Assembly (NCBI GenBank): GCA_040767195.1
Contig: JAXGPA010000004.1
Location: 1-64,000, forward strand
Source of the DNA: Syntrophales bacterium
Lineage (GTDB): Bacteria; Desulfobacterota; Syntrophia; Syntrophales; UBA6807
DNA length: 64,000 nucleotides
Direction of reading: 5' to 3'
The notes beneath the pieces were generated by a model. That model was given only the letters and a program-made list of their open reading frames with translations. It did not search any database and was not told where the DNA came from. The position numbers and the translations under genes were made by a program. Below, piece after piece: positions 9,869 through 18,040 of this stretch; the stretch's first letter is position 1, and every line of letters begins with the position of its first letter.

Positions 9869-11530
9869 CTAGTCCTTGAAGACCGCGCCGGTGCTGGCCG
9901 ACGTGACGAGCCTGGCGTAGCGGCCCAGGTAGCCTCCCCGGACGGGCGGTTCCCAGGGTTTCAGGGCCTTTTTCCGTTTTTCCATTTCCCTGGCCGTAAT
10001 TTTGAGGTCCAGCCGCCTTCCCGGAATGTCGATGGCGATCCGGTCCCCTTCCCGGACCAGGGCGAGGGGGCCCCCTTCCGCCGCTTCCGGCGAGATGTGG
10101 CCGATGGCCGCTCCCCGGGTGCCGCCGCTGAACCGCCCGTCGGTGAGAAGGGCCACCGAGGTGTCGAGCCCCATGCCGGCGATGGCCGACGTGGGGGCGA
10201 GCATCTCCCGCATCCCCGGGCCGCCCCTGGGGCCCTCGTAACGGATGACAATCACGTCCCCGGGCTTGATCTCCCCCCCGAGGATCGCCTGGATCGCCTT
10301 CTCCTCGCCGTCGAAGACCCGGGCCCGGCCCTCGTTGACCATCATTTCCGGGGCCACAGCGGACTGCTTCACCACCCCTCCGTCGGGTGCTAGATTACCC
10401 CGGAGAATGGCGATGCCGCCCTCGGGCGAGTAAGGGGTTTTCGGGCTTCGAATCACCTCGCGGTCCCGGACCGCCGCGTTTTTCAGGTTTCTTTTCACAG
10501 GCAAAGCCGTCGCGGTCAGGCAGTCCCCCCGGATCAGGCCCAGTGCCTCGATTTCCTTCATCACGGCGGGGATGCCGCCGGCCCGGTGAAGGTCCTCCAG
10601 GTGGTGGGGCCCGGCGGGGCTCAGGTGGCAGAGGTTGGGCGTCTTCGCGCTGATCTCGTTGAAAAGGTCGAGATCGAGGACGATACCCGCCTCCCGGGCG
10701 ATGGCGGGGAGGTGAAGAACCGTGTTGGTGGAGCACCCGAGGGCCATGTCCACGGCGATGGCATTCCGGAAAGCGTCGGGGGTGGCGATGTCCCGGGGGC
10801 GGATGTCCCTTTTCAGGAGCGTCATGACGGCCATCCCGGCCTGCTTCGCCAGGCGGCGCCGGGCCGCGTGAACGGCGGGAATGGTCCCGTTTCCCGGAAG
10901 GCCGAGGCCGATGGCCTCGGTGAGGCAGTTCATGGAATTGGCGGTGAACATGCCCGAACAGGACCCGCAGCCCGGGCAGGCCTCGTCTTCCAGGGCCGCC
11001 ATGTCCCGTTGCCGGAGCTTGCCCGCCTTGACCTTTCCCACGCCCTCGAAAACGCTGATGAGGTCCACCGTGGCGCCCCCGGCGAGACCGGCCATCATGG
11101 GGCCGCCGCTCACGACAACCGTCGGGATGTTGAGGCGGAGCGCCGCCATGAGCATGCCCGGGACGATCTTGTCGCAGTTGGTCACCATGACGAGGCCGTC
11201 GAAGGGGTGGGCCATGGCCATGATCTCGATGGAATCGGCGATGAGTTCCCGGCTCGCCAGGGAGTATTTCATGCCTTCGTGGCCCATGGCGATGCCGTCG
11301 CAGACGCCGATGGCGGGAAATTCCACGGGCGTGCCCCCGGCCATGCGGATGCCCGCCTTGGCATCCTGGGCCAGCAGGCCGAGGTGGACATGGCCGGGGA
11401 TGATCTCGTTGGCCGAGTTGACCACCCCGATGAGGGGTCTCCCCAGTTCCTCGTCGGTGTAGCCCATGGCCTTGAACAACGACCGGTGGGGGGCCCGCTC
11501 GAGGCCCTTTTTCATGATGTCGCTTCTCAT
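9869..11530 (-). CDS. ilvD: dihydroxy-acid dehydratase
   Basis: [84 protein letters not shown]. Confidence 0.96.
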   Translation of the reverse strand: MRSDIMKKGLERAPHRSLFKAMGYTDEELGRPLIGVVNSANEIIPGHVHLGLLAQDAKAGIRMAGGTPVEFPAIGVCDGIAMGHEGMKYSLASRELIADSIEIMAMAHPFDGLVMVTNCDKIVPGMLMAALRLNIPTVVVSGGPMMAGLAGGATVDLISVFEGVGKVKAGKLRQRDMAALEDEACPGCGSCSGMFTANSMNCLTEAIGLGLPGNGTIPAVHAARRRLAKQAGMAVMTLLKRDIRPRDIATPDAFRNAIAVDMALGCSTNTVLHLPAIAREAGIVLDLDLFNEISAKTPNLCHLSPAGPHHLEDLHRAGGIPAVMKEIEALGLIRGDCLTATALPVKRNLKNAAVRDREVIRSPKTPYSPEGGIAILRGNLAPDGGVVKQSAVAPEMMVNEGRARVFDGEEKAIQAILGGEIKPGDVIVIRYEGPRGGPGMREMLAPTSAIAGMGLDTSVALLTDGRFSGGTRGAAIGHISPEAAEGGPLALVREGDRIAIDIPGRRLDLKITAREMEKRKKALKPWEPPVRGGYLGRYARLVTSASTGAVFKD

Positions 11531-11609
11531 GGTCCCTCCTGCAGTGCTTCCTCGTTTACCGCAATGGAAATCACGAAACTTGTAAATCGTCCGAGAAAAG
11601 ACTATTCCA

Positions 11610-11735
11610 GGCGGCTTTGTAAAAAGCGCCGGAGGCAAGGCGCCCGAAGCCCGAGGAATGAGGCGTACCTGTTGGTACGCCGCAATGACGAGGAAAGAAG
11701 GGCAACGCCGCCTGTGGACTTTTTACGAAGTCGTC
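11610..11735. repeat. intergenic palindromic-ended repeat (REP/MITE-like), copy 1
   Basis: Ends are GGCGGCTTTGTAAAAAG and CTTTTTACGAAGTCGTC; central GGCGTAC-N-GTACGCC hairpin; homologous to 33960..34084 and 52042..52094. Confidence 0.85.
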
Positions 11736-11738
11736 AAA

Positions 11739-12791
11739 CTATTTTTTCCGCCGTTCCGGTCTCAATTCCCGGAGAACCGCGCCGGCCTGCCACATCTCCA
11801 TGTTCCGCATCTCCGACAGTTCCCGGTCCAGGCGTTCCCGGTAGTCCGGGGCGCTGTTCGCTTCCAGGACGATGGCCGTCTCCTTCCCCGTTTTCACCCG
11901 GTCGTAGAGTTCGTCGAACACGGGGAGCACGGCCTCCCGGAACCGCCCCTTCCAGTCCAGGGCGCCCCGCTGGGCGGTGGTGCTGCAGTTGGCGTACATC
12001 CAGTCCATGCCGTTCTGGCCCACCAGGCCGATGAGGCTCTGGGTCAGTTCCTCCACCGTCTCGTTGAAGGCCTCGCTGGGGCTGTGCCCGTTCTTCCGGA
12101 GCGTCTGGTACTGGGCCTCCATGATGCCCGCCAGGGCCCCCATGAGAACGCCCCGCTCACCCGTCAGGTCGCTGTAGACCTCGTTCTCGAAGGTCGTCGG
12201 GAAGAGGTAACCGGAACCGATGGCGATGCCCAGGGCGACGGCCCGCTCCTTCGCCCGGCCCGTGGCGTCCTGAAAAACGGCGACGCTCGAGTTGATGCCG
12301 CTCCCGGCGATGAAGTTCGCCCGCACCGTCCGGCCCGCCCCCTTGGGGGCCACGAGAATGACGTCAACGTCCGCCGGGGGGACGACGCCCGTCAGTTCCT
12401 TGTAGGTGATGGAAAACCCGTGGGAGAAATAGAGGGCCTTCCCTCTCGTCAAAAAAGGCTTGACCTTCGGCCACAGGGCCTTCTGTCCCGCGTCGGAAAG
12501 CATGTACTGGAGGATGGTGCCCCGCTTCGCCGCCTCCTCGATGGGAAAAAGGGTCTCCCCGGGGACGAAGCCGTCATCGAGGGCCTTCTTCCAGGTGGCC
12601 CCGCCCTCGCGCTGGCCGATGATGACCCGGACCCCGTTGTCCCGGAGATTCTGGGCCTGTCCCTGCCCCTGGACGCCGTAACCCAGGACGGCCACCGTCT
12701 CGTCCTTCAGGACTTCCCGGGCCTTTTCAAGAGGAAACTCTTCCGCCGTGATGACTTCTTCCTCGATGCCGCCGATGGTGATTTTTGCCAT
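11739..12791 (-). CDS. ilvC: ketol-acid reductoisomerase
   Basis: LGYGVQGQGQAQNLRD, FSHGF, VAPKG, SDLTGERGVLMG, EAFNETVEE, MDWMYANCSTTAQRGALDW; AAGGAG RBS. Confidence 0.95.
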   Translation of the reverse strand: MAKITIGGIEEEVITAEEFPLEKAREVLKDETVAVLGYGVQGQGQAQNLRDNGVRVIIGQREGGATWKKALDDGFVPGETLFPIEEAAKRGTILQYMLSDAGQKALWPKVKPFLTRGKALYFSHGFSITYKELTGVVPPADVDVILVAPKGAGRTVRANFIAGSGINSSVAVFQDATGRAKERAVALGIAIGSGYLFPTTFENEVYSDLTGERGVLMGALAGIMEAQYQTLRKNGHSPSEAFNETVEELTQSLIGLVGQNGMDWMYANCSTTAQRGALDWKGRFREAVLPVFDELYDRVKTGKETAIVLEANSAPDYRERLDRELSEMRNMEMWQAGAVLRELRPERRKK

Positions 12792-12946
12792 GGATTTTCT
12801 CCTTTGTGAATGTCTTTGAATGCCTGTCCCGCGCACGTCAAAAAAGCGGGTCCGAAGGATCGGCCTGCGAGGTCCGCCGTCCCGGCGGTAACCCGAAGGG
12901 CCGGAGGGGACCCGACGGCCTGCCGGTGGAACCCTCGACCACCGCC

Positions 12947-13423
12947 CTACCTGAGAAAAATAACGCCGGACCGGCTCAAGTCCTCGATTCCCAGGGGCGT
13001 AAGCCCCTTCAGGACCCAGTCGATCTCCTCGAGGGTGCCGGTGACCTCGAGAATACAGTGATCCGGCTCCATCCGAAGGGTCCGGCAGTGAAAATTCTCG
13101 ATATCTTTCTTAATCTTTTCCCGGTTTTCCTCCCGGAAGGGGATCCGGACGAGGACCATTTCCCTGAGAATGGTCCTGTCGTTCCCGGCGATGTTGAATT
13201 CCAGCACATCGACGAGTTTCCGGAGCTGTTTTTCGATCTTGCTCACCGTGGCCGTGTTTCCCTTCGTCACCAGGGTGATCTTGGTCATGTCCGGGTTGAG
13301 GGTCACGTTGGCGCTGATGGATTCGATATTGAAGCCCCTGCCGCTGAAGATCCCGGCGATCCGGGCCAGCACGTCGGGCTTGTTGTTCACCAGAAGGGTC
13401 ATCTTGTGTTCTTTGATTTCCAT
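12947..13423 (-). CDS. ilvN: acetolactate synthase small (regulatory) subunit, copy 1, with Asp at the Gly14-equivalent site
   Basis: ACT domain NNKPDVLARIAGIFSGRGFNIESI, KQLRKLVDV, REMVLV, SRSG. Confidence 0.9.
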   Translation of the reverse strand: MEIKEHKMTLLVNNKPDVLARIAGIFSGRGFNIESISANVTLNPDMTKITLVTKGNTATVSKIEKQLRKLVDVLEFNIAGNDRTILREMVLVRIPFREENREKIKKDIENFHCRTLRMEPDHCILEVTGTLEEIDWVLKGLTPLGIEDLSRSGVIFLR

Positions 13424-13440
13424 TGTTTGTTCTCCCGCTC

Positions 13441-15144
13441 CTATCCTTTTTTACGTCCCAGGTCCATCTCCGTCAGGGAGGCACCGGGCCCCACCATGGG
13501 GTAGACCCCCTCCTCGGGGTCGACGGCCATGTCCATGAAGACCGGCCCCGGGGTTTCGAGCCCCTGTTTCAGGACCGCTTCCATCTCCTCCGGCCGGGTC
13601 GCCCGGAGCCCCGTGGCCCCGTAGGCCTGGGCGAGTTTCACGAAATCGGGGACCTGGCTGATGTTCGTGTGGGAATACCGCCGCCCGTAGAAGATCTCCT
13701 GCCATTGCCGGACCATGCCGAGGAACCCGTTGTTCAGGATGACGACCTTCACGGGAATGTTGTAGTTCACCACCGTGGCCAGCTCCTGGATGTTCATCTG
13801 GATGCTCCCGTCGCCGGCGATGTCCAGGACCGTCCGGTCCGGGCAGGCCACCTGGGCCCCGATGGCGGCGGGAAAGCCGTACCCCATGGTCCCCAGGCCC
13901 CCCGACGTGAGAAACTGGTTGGGCCGGTTGAAACGGTAGAACTGGGCCGCCCACATCTGGTTCTGCCCCACCTCGGTGGCCACCACGGCCTCGCCGCCGG
14001 TGAGCCGGTAAAGGGTTTCGATGACGCACTGGGGCTTGATCATGTCCCCGGAATCGTAGCAGAGCGGGGCGTATTCCCGCCACTTGTCGATCTGCCCGAG
14101 CCACGCGCCCAGATCATCCGCGGACAGGACGTTCTTCTCCTGCTCGAGCATCTGGGTCAGCTGGTGGAGGGCCGTCCGGCTGTCGCTCACGATGGGGAGG
14201 TCGACGAGGACGTTCTTGTTGATCGATGCGGGGTCGATGTCGATGTGAACGATTTTCGCCTGGGTGGCGAAATCGGAAAGCCGGCCCGTCACCCGGTCGT
14301 CGAACCGGACCCCGATGGCGATGATGAGATCGGCATGGCTCACGGCCATGTTGGCGTAGTAGGTTCCGTGCATCCCCGGCATGCCGAGCCACAGGGGGTC
14401 CGTTCCCGGGTAGGCCCCCAGCCCCATGAGGGTCGAGGTGATGGGAATGCCCGTGGCCCGGACGAATGTCCGGAGCTCCTCGGAGGCCCGCCCTAAAATG
14501 ATGCCCCCGCCGGTGAGAATGACGGGGCGCTTCGCTTTCCGGAGCATTCCGACGACCTGCTGCAGGGCCTCCGTGTCGGGAAGATAGGAGGGCTCCCGAA
14601 GGCAGGCTGAAGGGATTCCCGAGGGCTCGTAGACCGCCGTGCCCTGGGCGACGTCCTTGGGAAGGTCCACCAGGACCGGGCCGGGACGGCCGCACCGGGA
14701 GAGGTAGAAAGCCTCCTTGACAGTCCTGGCGAGGTCCGCCGTCCGCCGGACGATGTAGTTGTGCTTCGTGATGGGCCGCGTGATGCCCGTGATGTCCGCC
14801 TCCTGGAAGGCGTCGGACCCGATGAGGGCCGTGGAGACCTGGCCGGTGAAGACGACGATGGGGATGGAGTCCATGTAGGCCGTGGCGATGCCCGTGACCG
14901 TGTTGGTCGCCCCGGGACCGGATGTCACCAGGCAGACCCCCGTTTTACCCGACGCCCGGGCATACCCGTCCGCCGCGTGGGTGGCCCCCTGCTCGTGGCG
15001 GACAAGGATGTGCCGGATCTCGCCCTTGTGCAGCTCGTCGTAAATATCGAGAACGACACCGCCGGGATACCCGAAAATGGTGTCCACACCTTCCTCAAGA
15101 AGGGCCTTGATGAGTATCTGCGCTCCCTTCAGTTCCACGTTCAC
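13441..15144 (-). CDS. ilvB: acetolactate synthase large subunit, copy 1 (Ile-attenuated)
   Basis: FGYPGG, RHEQGATHAADGYAR, TSGPGATN, GRPGPVLVDLPKD, RFDDRVTG, SGGLGTMG, GDGS...NNGFLGMVRQWQ; GTG start after AGGAGG. Confidence 0.95.
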   Translation of the reverse strand: MNVELKGAQILIKALLEEGVDTIFGYPGGVVLDIYDELHKGEIRHILVRHEQGATHAADGYARASGKTGVCLVTSGPGATNTVTGIATAYMDSIPIVVFTGQVSTALIGSDAFQEADITGITRPITKHNYIVRRTADLARTVKEAFYLSRCGRPGPVLVDLPKDVAQGTAVYEPSGIPSACLREPSYLPDTEALQQVVGMLRKAKRPVILTGGGIILGRASEELRTFVRATGIPITSTLMGLGAYPGTDPLWLGMPGMHGTYYANMAVSHADLIIAIGVRFDDRVTGRLSDFATQAKIVHIDIDPASINKNVLVDLPIVSDSRTALHQLTQMLEQEKNVLSADDLGAWLGQIDKWREYAPLCYDSGDMIKPQCVIETLYRLTGGEAVVATEVGQNQMWAAQFYRFNRPNQFLTSGGLGTMGYGFPAAIGAQVACPDRTVLDIAGDGSIQMNIQELATVVNYNIPVKVVILNNGFLGMVRQWQEIFYGRRYSHTNISQVPDFVKLAQAYGATGLRATRPEEMEAVLKQGLETPGPVFMDMAVDPEEGVYPMVGPGASLTEMDLGRKKG

Positions 15145-15188
15145 ACCTCCTGATCGGATCCGCCGGGCTTGACAAGCCCGCTTTTCTC

Positions 15189-15220
15189 AAAAAAAAACCG
15201 CTACCCTCGGGGTAACGGTT
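15189..15220 (-). terminator. attenuator terminator upstream of ilvB copy 1
   Basis: AACCGTTACCC-CGA-GGGTAGCGGTT stem running into a 9-nt U tract. Confidence 0.88.
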
Positions 15221-15245
15221 CCTGTTTCGTCCTCTCGCCGGAAGG

Positions 15246-15335
15246 CTAAACCATCACCCCGCCCCTTCTGAAGGGAATAATTATACCGATGATCGCAATT
15301 TCCAACTGCTTCGGGGATGGGGAAAACACTGCCAT
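15246..15335 (-). CDS. Ile-rich attenuator leader peptide MAVFSPSPKQLEIAIIGIIIPFRRGGVMV
   Basis: 29 aa, absent from the ORF track; 6 Ile in 8 codons; its 3' end is complementary to the 5' arm of the downstream terminator. Confidence 0.85.
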   Translation of the reverse strand: MAVFSPSPKQLEIAIIGIIIPFRRGGVMV

Positions 15336-15364
15336 AGCCACCGGGAATCCTATTCGATTCCGGT

Positions 15365-15394
15365 ATCCCTAACAGCATCAGGCGGTCTTGTCAA
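15365..15394 (-). promoter_or_regulatory. putative internal promoter for the Ile leader/ilvB1
   Basis: Perfect TTGACA, 17 nt spacer, then TAGGGAT (weak -10, preceded by TG); about 30 nt upstream of the leader ATG. Confidence 0.5.
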
Positions 15395-15404
15395 GATGAT
15401 ATTT

Positions 15405-15905
15405 TCAGGCCGGGCCTCCCTTCTTTTCCTTGGGCAGTGCGATGATGCCCGTTCTCGCCGCTTCGCGGATGCCCAGGTCCCGAAAATACTGGAGAAGCGT
15501 TTCCGTTTCCTCGCTCGTCCCCACGGCCTGAAAAACGGCGTAATCGTCTTTCATGAAAATCAGCTTGCCGTTGAAAAGCTCCATGGCCTTGAGAATATCG
15601 GCCCGGCGCTCCTGGGGAAAATCCAGGCCCAGGAGGGCCACTTCCCGCTGCAGGGACCGGGACGGGGCGAGTTCCTCTACCTCGATGACGTCCACGAGCC
15701 TGTCCAGCTGCTTCCGGACCTTGTCGGTGAAATTCGAGTTGGCCCGGCTCATGAGGGTGATCCGGGACGTGTCCGGGTCGAGGGTGGGCGCCACGCAGAG
15801 GCTTTCGATGTTGTAACCGAGCCTTCCGAAAATCCCGGACACCCGGGAGAGAACGCCCGGCTTGTTCTGAACGAGGAGTGACAGGATGTGTTCTTCGCCA
15901 TTCAT
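15405..15905 (-). CDS. ilvN: acetolactate synthase small (regulatory) subunit, copy 2, with the canonical Gly
   Basis: QNKPGVLSRVSGIFGRLGYNIESL, KQLDRLVDVIEV, REVALL, ARTG. Confidence 0.9.
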   Translation of the reverse strand: MNGEEHILSLLVQNKPGVLSRVSGIFGRLGYNIESLCVAPTLDPDTSRITLMSRANSNFTDKVRKQLDRLVDVIEVEELAPSRSLQREVALLGLDFPQERRADILKAMELFNGKLIFMKDDYAVFQAVGTSEETETLLQYFRDLGIREAARTGIIALPKEKKGGPA

Positions 15906-16076
15906 TGTACTCGCGTCTCCTTTTGCTTGCTCATCGTCTTGTGATAGGGTCTTTTACCGCCCCCGCCATGGGGGGCGCGGCGACGCTTCGAAACCGGTGT
16001 TTCCACCGGTACGGACCCGGGACCGGTCCGCTCCCGCCCGGAACCCAAGGCGGGGCGGCCCTTCGGGCCGCCGCCG

Positions 16077-17753
16077 TCAGTCCGATCTCCCGTAGATCAT
16101 TTCCATGTTCGATTTTCCGGGCGGGATAATGGGATAGACATAGTCCCCGGGAGGGACCATGACTTCCAGGAGATAGGGCCCGTCACTTGCGGCGAGGCGC
16201 TCGATGGCCCCCTCGGGCTTTTCCGCCCCGACCCGCTCCGCTTCCAGGCCGAAGCCCCGGGCCACGGCGACGATGTCCGTTTTTTCCCCGAGCTGGCAGG
16301 CGCTGAGCCGGGACCCGTAAAAAAGGTCCTGGATCTGGCGGATCATCCCCAGGTGGCCATTGTTGAAGACGATGATCTTGACGGGCACCTGGTAATAGCT
16401 GATGGTGGCCAGCTCCTGGATGTTCATGAAAAACCCGCCGTCGCCGGTGAAAGACACGACGTTCCGCTTCGGGTTTCCCACCTTGGCCCCGATGGAGGCG
16501 GGAAGGCTGAAGCCCATGGTCCCCATGCCGCCGCTGGTGAGGAGCCCCCGGGGGGACTTCGATTTCCAGGACCGGACCGTCCAGATCTGGTTCAGTCCCA
16601 CGTCGGCGACGGCGATGGCCGTCGGGGACAGGGCCTCCTGGACCAGGCCGATGAGCCGCCCGGGCAGGCCGCAGCCGTTGTAGCTGTTCTTCGCCTCCAG
16701 GGACTCCCGCTCCTTCTGGATCCTGTCTTTCCAGTCGCCCCTTTCCTTTTCGTCGACGAGGCCGATGAGCCCGGAAAGGGCTTTCCGGATGTCGCAGACG
16801 AGAGCCAGGTCCGCCTTGATGTTCTTGCCGATGGACGTGGGGTCGATGTCGATCTGGGCGATCGTCGCCAGGGGAGCGAACTCCTCCACCTTGGAGGTGC
16901 TCCGGTCGGTGAAACGGGTCCCCACGGCGAGGATGAAGTCGGACTGGTGGATCATCCGGTTGGCCAGTTCGAACCCATGGGTGCCGATGAATCCCAGGTT
17001 GAGGCCGTTGGCGATGCACACGGCTCCCACGCCCATCATGGTGCTCACGAAGGGGATGTTCCCCCGTTCGATGAGTTCCGTGATGAGCTGGCAGGCACCG
17101 CTGAGCTTGACGCCCCCGCCGATGATGAGGATGGGCCTTTCCGCCTGGTTCAGGGCCTGGGCGATGCGGTTCAGGATGCCTTCGTCCAGGGCGTGGCCGT
17201 TCCCCGTCTTCTTCATGGCCGGTTCCTCCGGCCTGATTTCCGCCTCGGGGCAGCGGCCCGCCAGGACATTCCGCGGAAGGTCCACGAGGACCGGCCCCGG
17301 CCGGCCCTGCTTGGCCAGGGAAAAAGCCTGCTTGAGGGTCGTCCGCATGTCCCTGGGGTCCCGGACAAGGAAGCTGTGCTTCGTGATGGGCATGGTGATC
17401 CCGATGATGTCCGTCTCCTGGAAGGCGTCGGTCCCCAGGAGGTCCGTGGGAACCTGGCCCGTGAGGGCCACCACGGGGGAGGAGTCCATGTAGGCCGTGG
17501 CGATCCCCGTGACGAGGTTCGTCGCCCCCGGCCCCGAGGTAGCCAGGCAGACCCCCACCTTTCCCGTGGCCCGGGCGTAACCGTCGGCGGCATGGGCGGC
17601 GGCCTGCTCGTGACGCATCAGGTAATGCCGGATCGTGTGGTCGATGAGTCCGTCATGAATGGGCAGGGTATTTGCCCCGGGATAGCCGAAGATGGCGTCC
17701 ACCCCTTCTTCCTTCAACGTCTCCAGAAGGATCTGTGCACCGTTTCTTTCCAT
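16077..17753 (-). CDS. ilvB: acetolactate synthase large subunit, copy 2 (Val-attenuated)
   Basis: FGYPGA, RHEQAAAHAADGYAR, TSGPGATN, GRPGPVLVDLP, SGGMGTMG, GDGG...NNGHLGMIRQIQ; AGGAG RBS before ATG 17753. Confidence 0.94.
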   Translation of the reverse strand: MERNGAQILLETLKEEGVDAIFGYPGANTLPIHDGLIDHTIRHYLMRHEQAAAHAADGYARATGKVGVCLATSGPGATNLVTGIATAYMDSSPVVALTGQVPTDLLGTDAFQETDIIGITMPITKHSFLVRDPRDMRTTLKQAFSLAKQGRPGPVLVDLPRNVLAGRCPEAEIRPEEPAMKKTGNGHALDEGILNRIAQALNQAERPILIIGGGVKLSGACQLITELIERGNIPFVSTMMGVGAVCIANGLNLGFIGTHGFELANRMIHQSDFILAVGTRFTDRSTSKVEEFAPLATIAQIDIDPTSIGKNIKADLALVCDIRKALSGLIGLVDEKERGDWKDRIQKERESLEAKNSYNGCGLPGRLIGLVQEALSPTAIAVADVGLNQIWTVRSWKSKSPRGLLTSGGMGTMGFSLPASIGAKVGNPKRNVVSFTGDGGFFMNIQELATISYYQVPVKIIVFNNGHLGMIRQIQDLFYGSRLSACQLGEKTDIVAVARGFGLEAERVGAEKPEGAIERLAASDGPYLLEVMVPPGDYVYPIIPPGKSNMEMIYGRSD

Positions 17754-17784
17754 GTGTCTTCTCCTGTTTTTTGTATCCGCAATT

Positions 17785-17820
17785 AAAAAAGCCGCATCTT
17801 TCATCGAGGTGCGGCTTTTT
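17785..17820 (-). terminator. second (distal) terminator T2 of the Val attenuator
   Basis: AAAAAGCCGCACCT-CGATGAA-AGATGCGGCTTTTTT hairpin with U tract. Confidence 0.8.
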
Positions 17821-17823
17821 CCG

Positions 17824-17860
17824 AAATAAAAAAGCCGCGGGCCTTTCGGGGCCCGCGGCT
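17824..17860 (-). terminator. attenuator terminator T1 upstream of ilvB copy 2
   Basis: 11-bp stem AGCCGCGGGCC-CCGAAA-GGCCCGCGGCT followed by TTTTTATTT. Confidence 0.9.
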
Positions 17861-17880
17861 CCTTTTCGATCTAACGTTTT

Positions 17881-17967
17881 CTAAGGCAGAGCAGCGGTCC
17901 CCGTCTTTACGACGACTACGACTACAGCCACGGCTACCGTGCTTGCCAGGGAATGTCTGTCAGCCAT
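17881..17967 (-). CDS. Val-rich attenuator leader peptide MADRHSLASTVAVAVVVVVVKTGTAALP
   Basis: 28 aa, absent from the ORF track; 8 Val codons, 6 of them consecutive; AGGTG RBS; 3' part complementary to the T1 5' arm. Confidence 0.9.
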   Translation of the reverse strand: MADRHSLASTVAVAVVVVVVKTGTAALP

Positions 17968-18040
17968 TTTCACACCTGCCGGCGTTGGGAAACCCTTTCG
18001 AGGCCTTCCCGCCTGCCTCCCGTGTAATCTTGTGAGGGAA

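Noticed and set aside
15958..16076. Cluster of GC hairpins between ilvB2 and ilvN2
   Set aside because: There is no U tract and no recognisable RNA family; short stems are common at this GC content.
17908..17937. Short tandem repeat (GAC/TAC triplets) as a microsatellite or CRISPR remnant
   Set aside because: It is fully explained as the Val codon run of the leader peptide.
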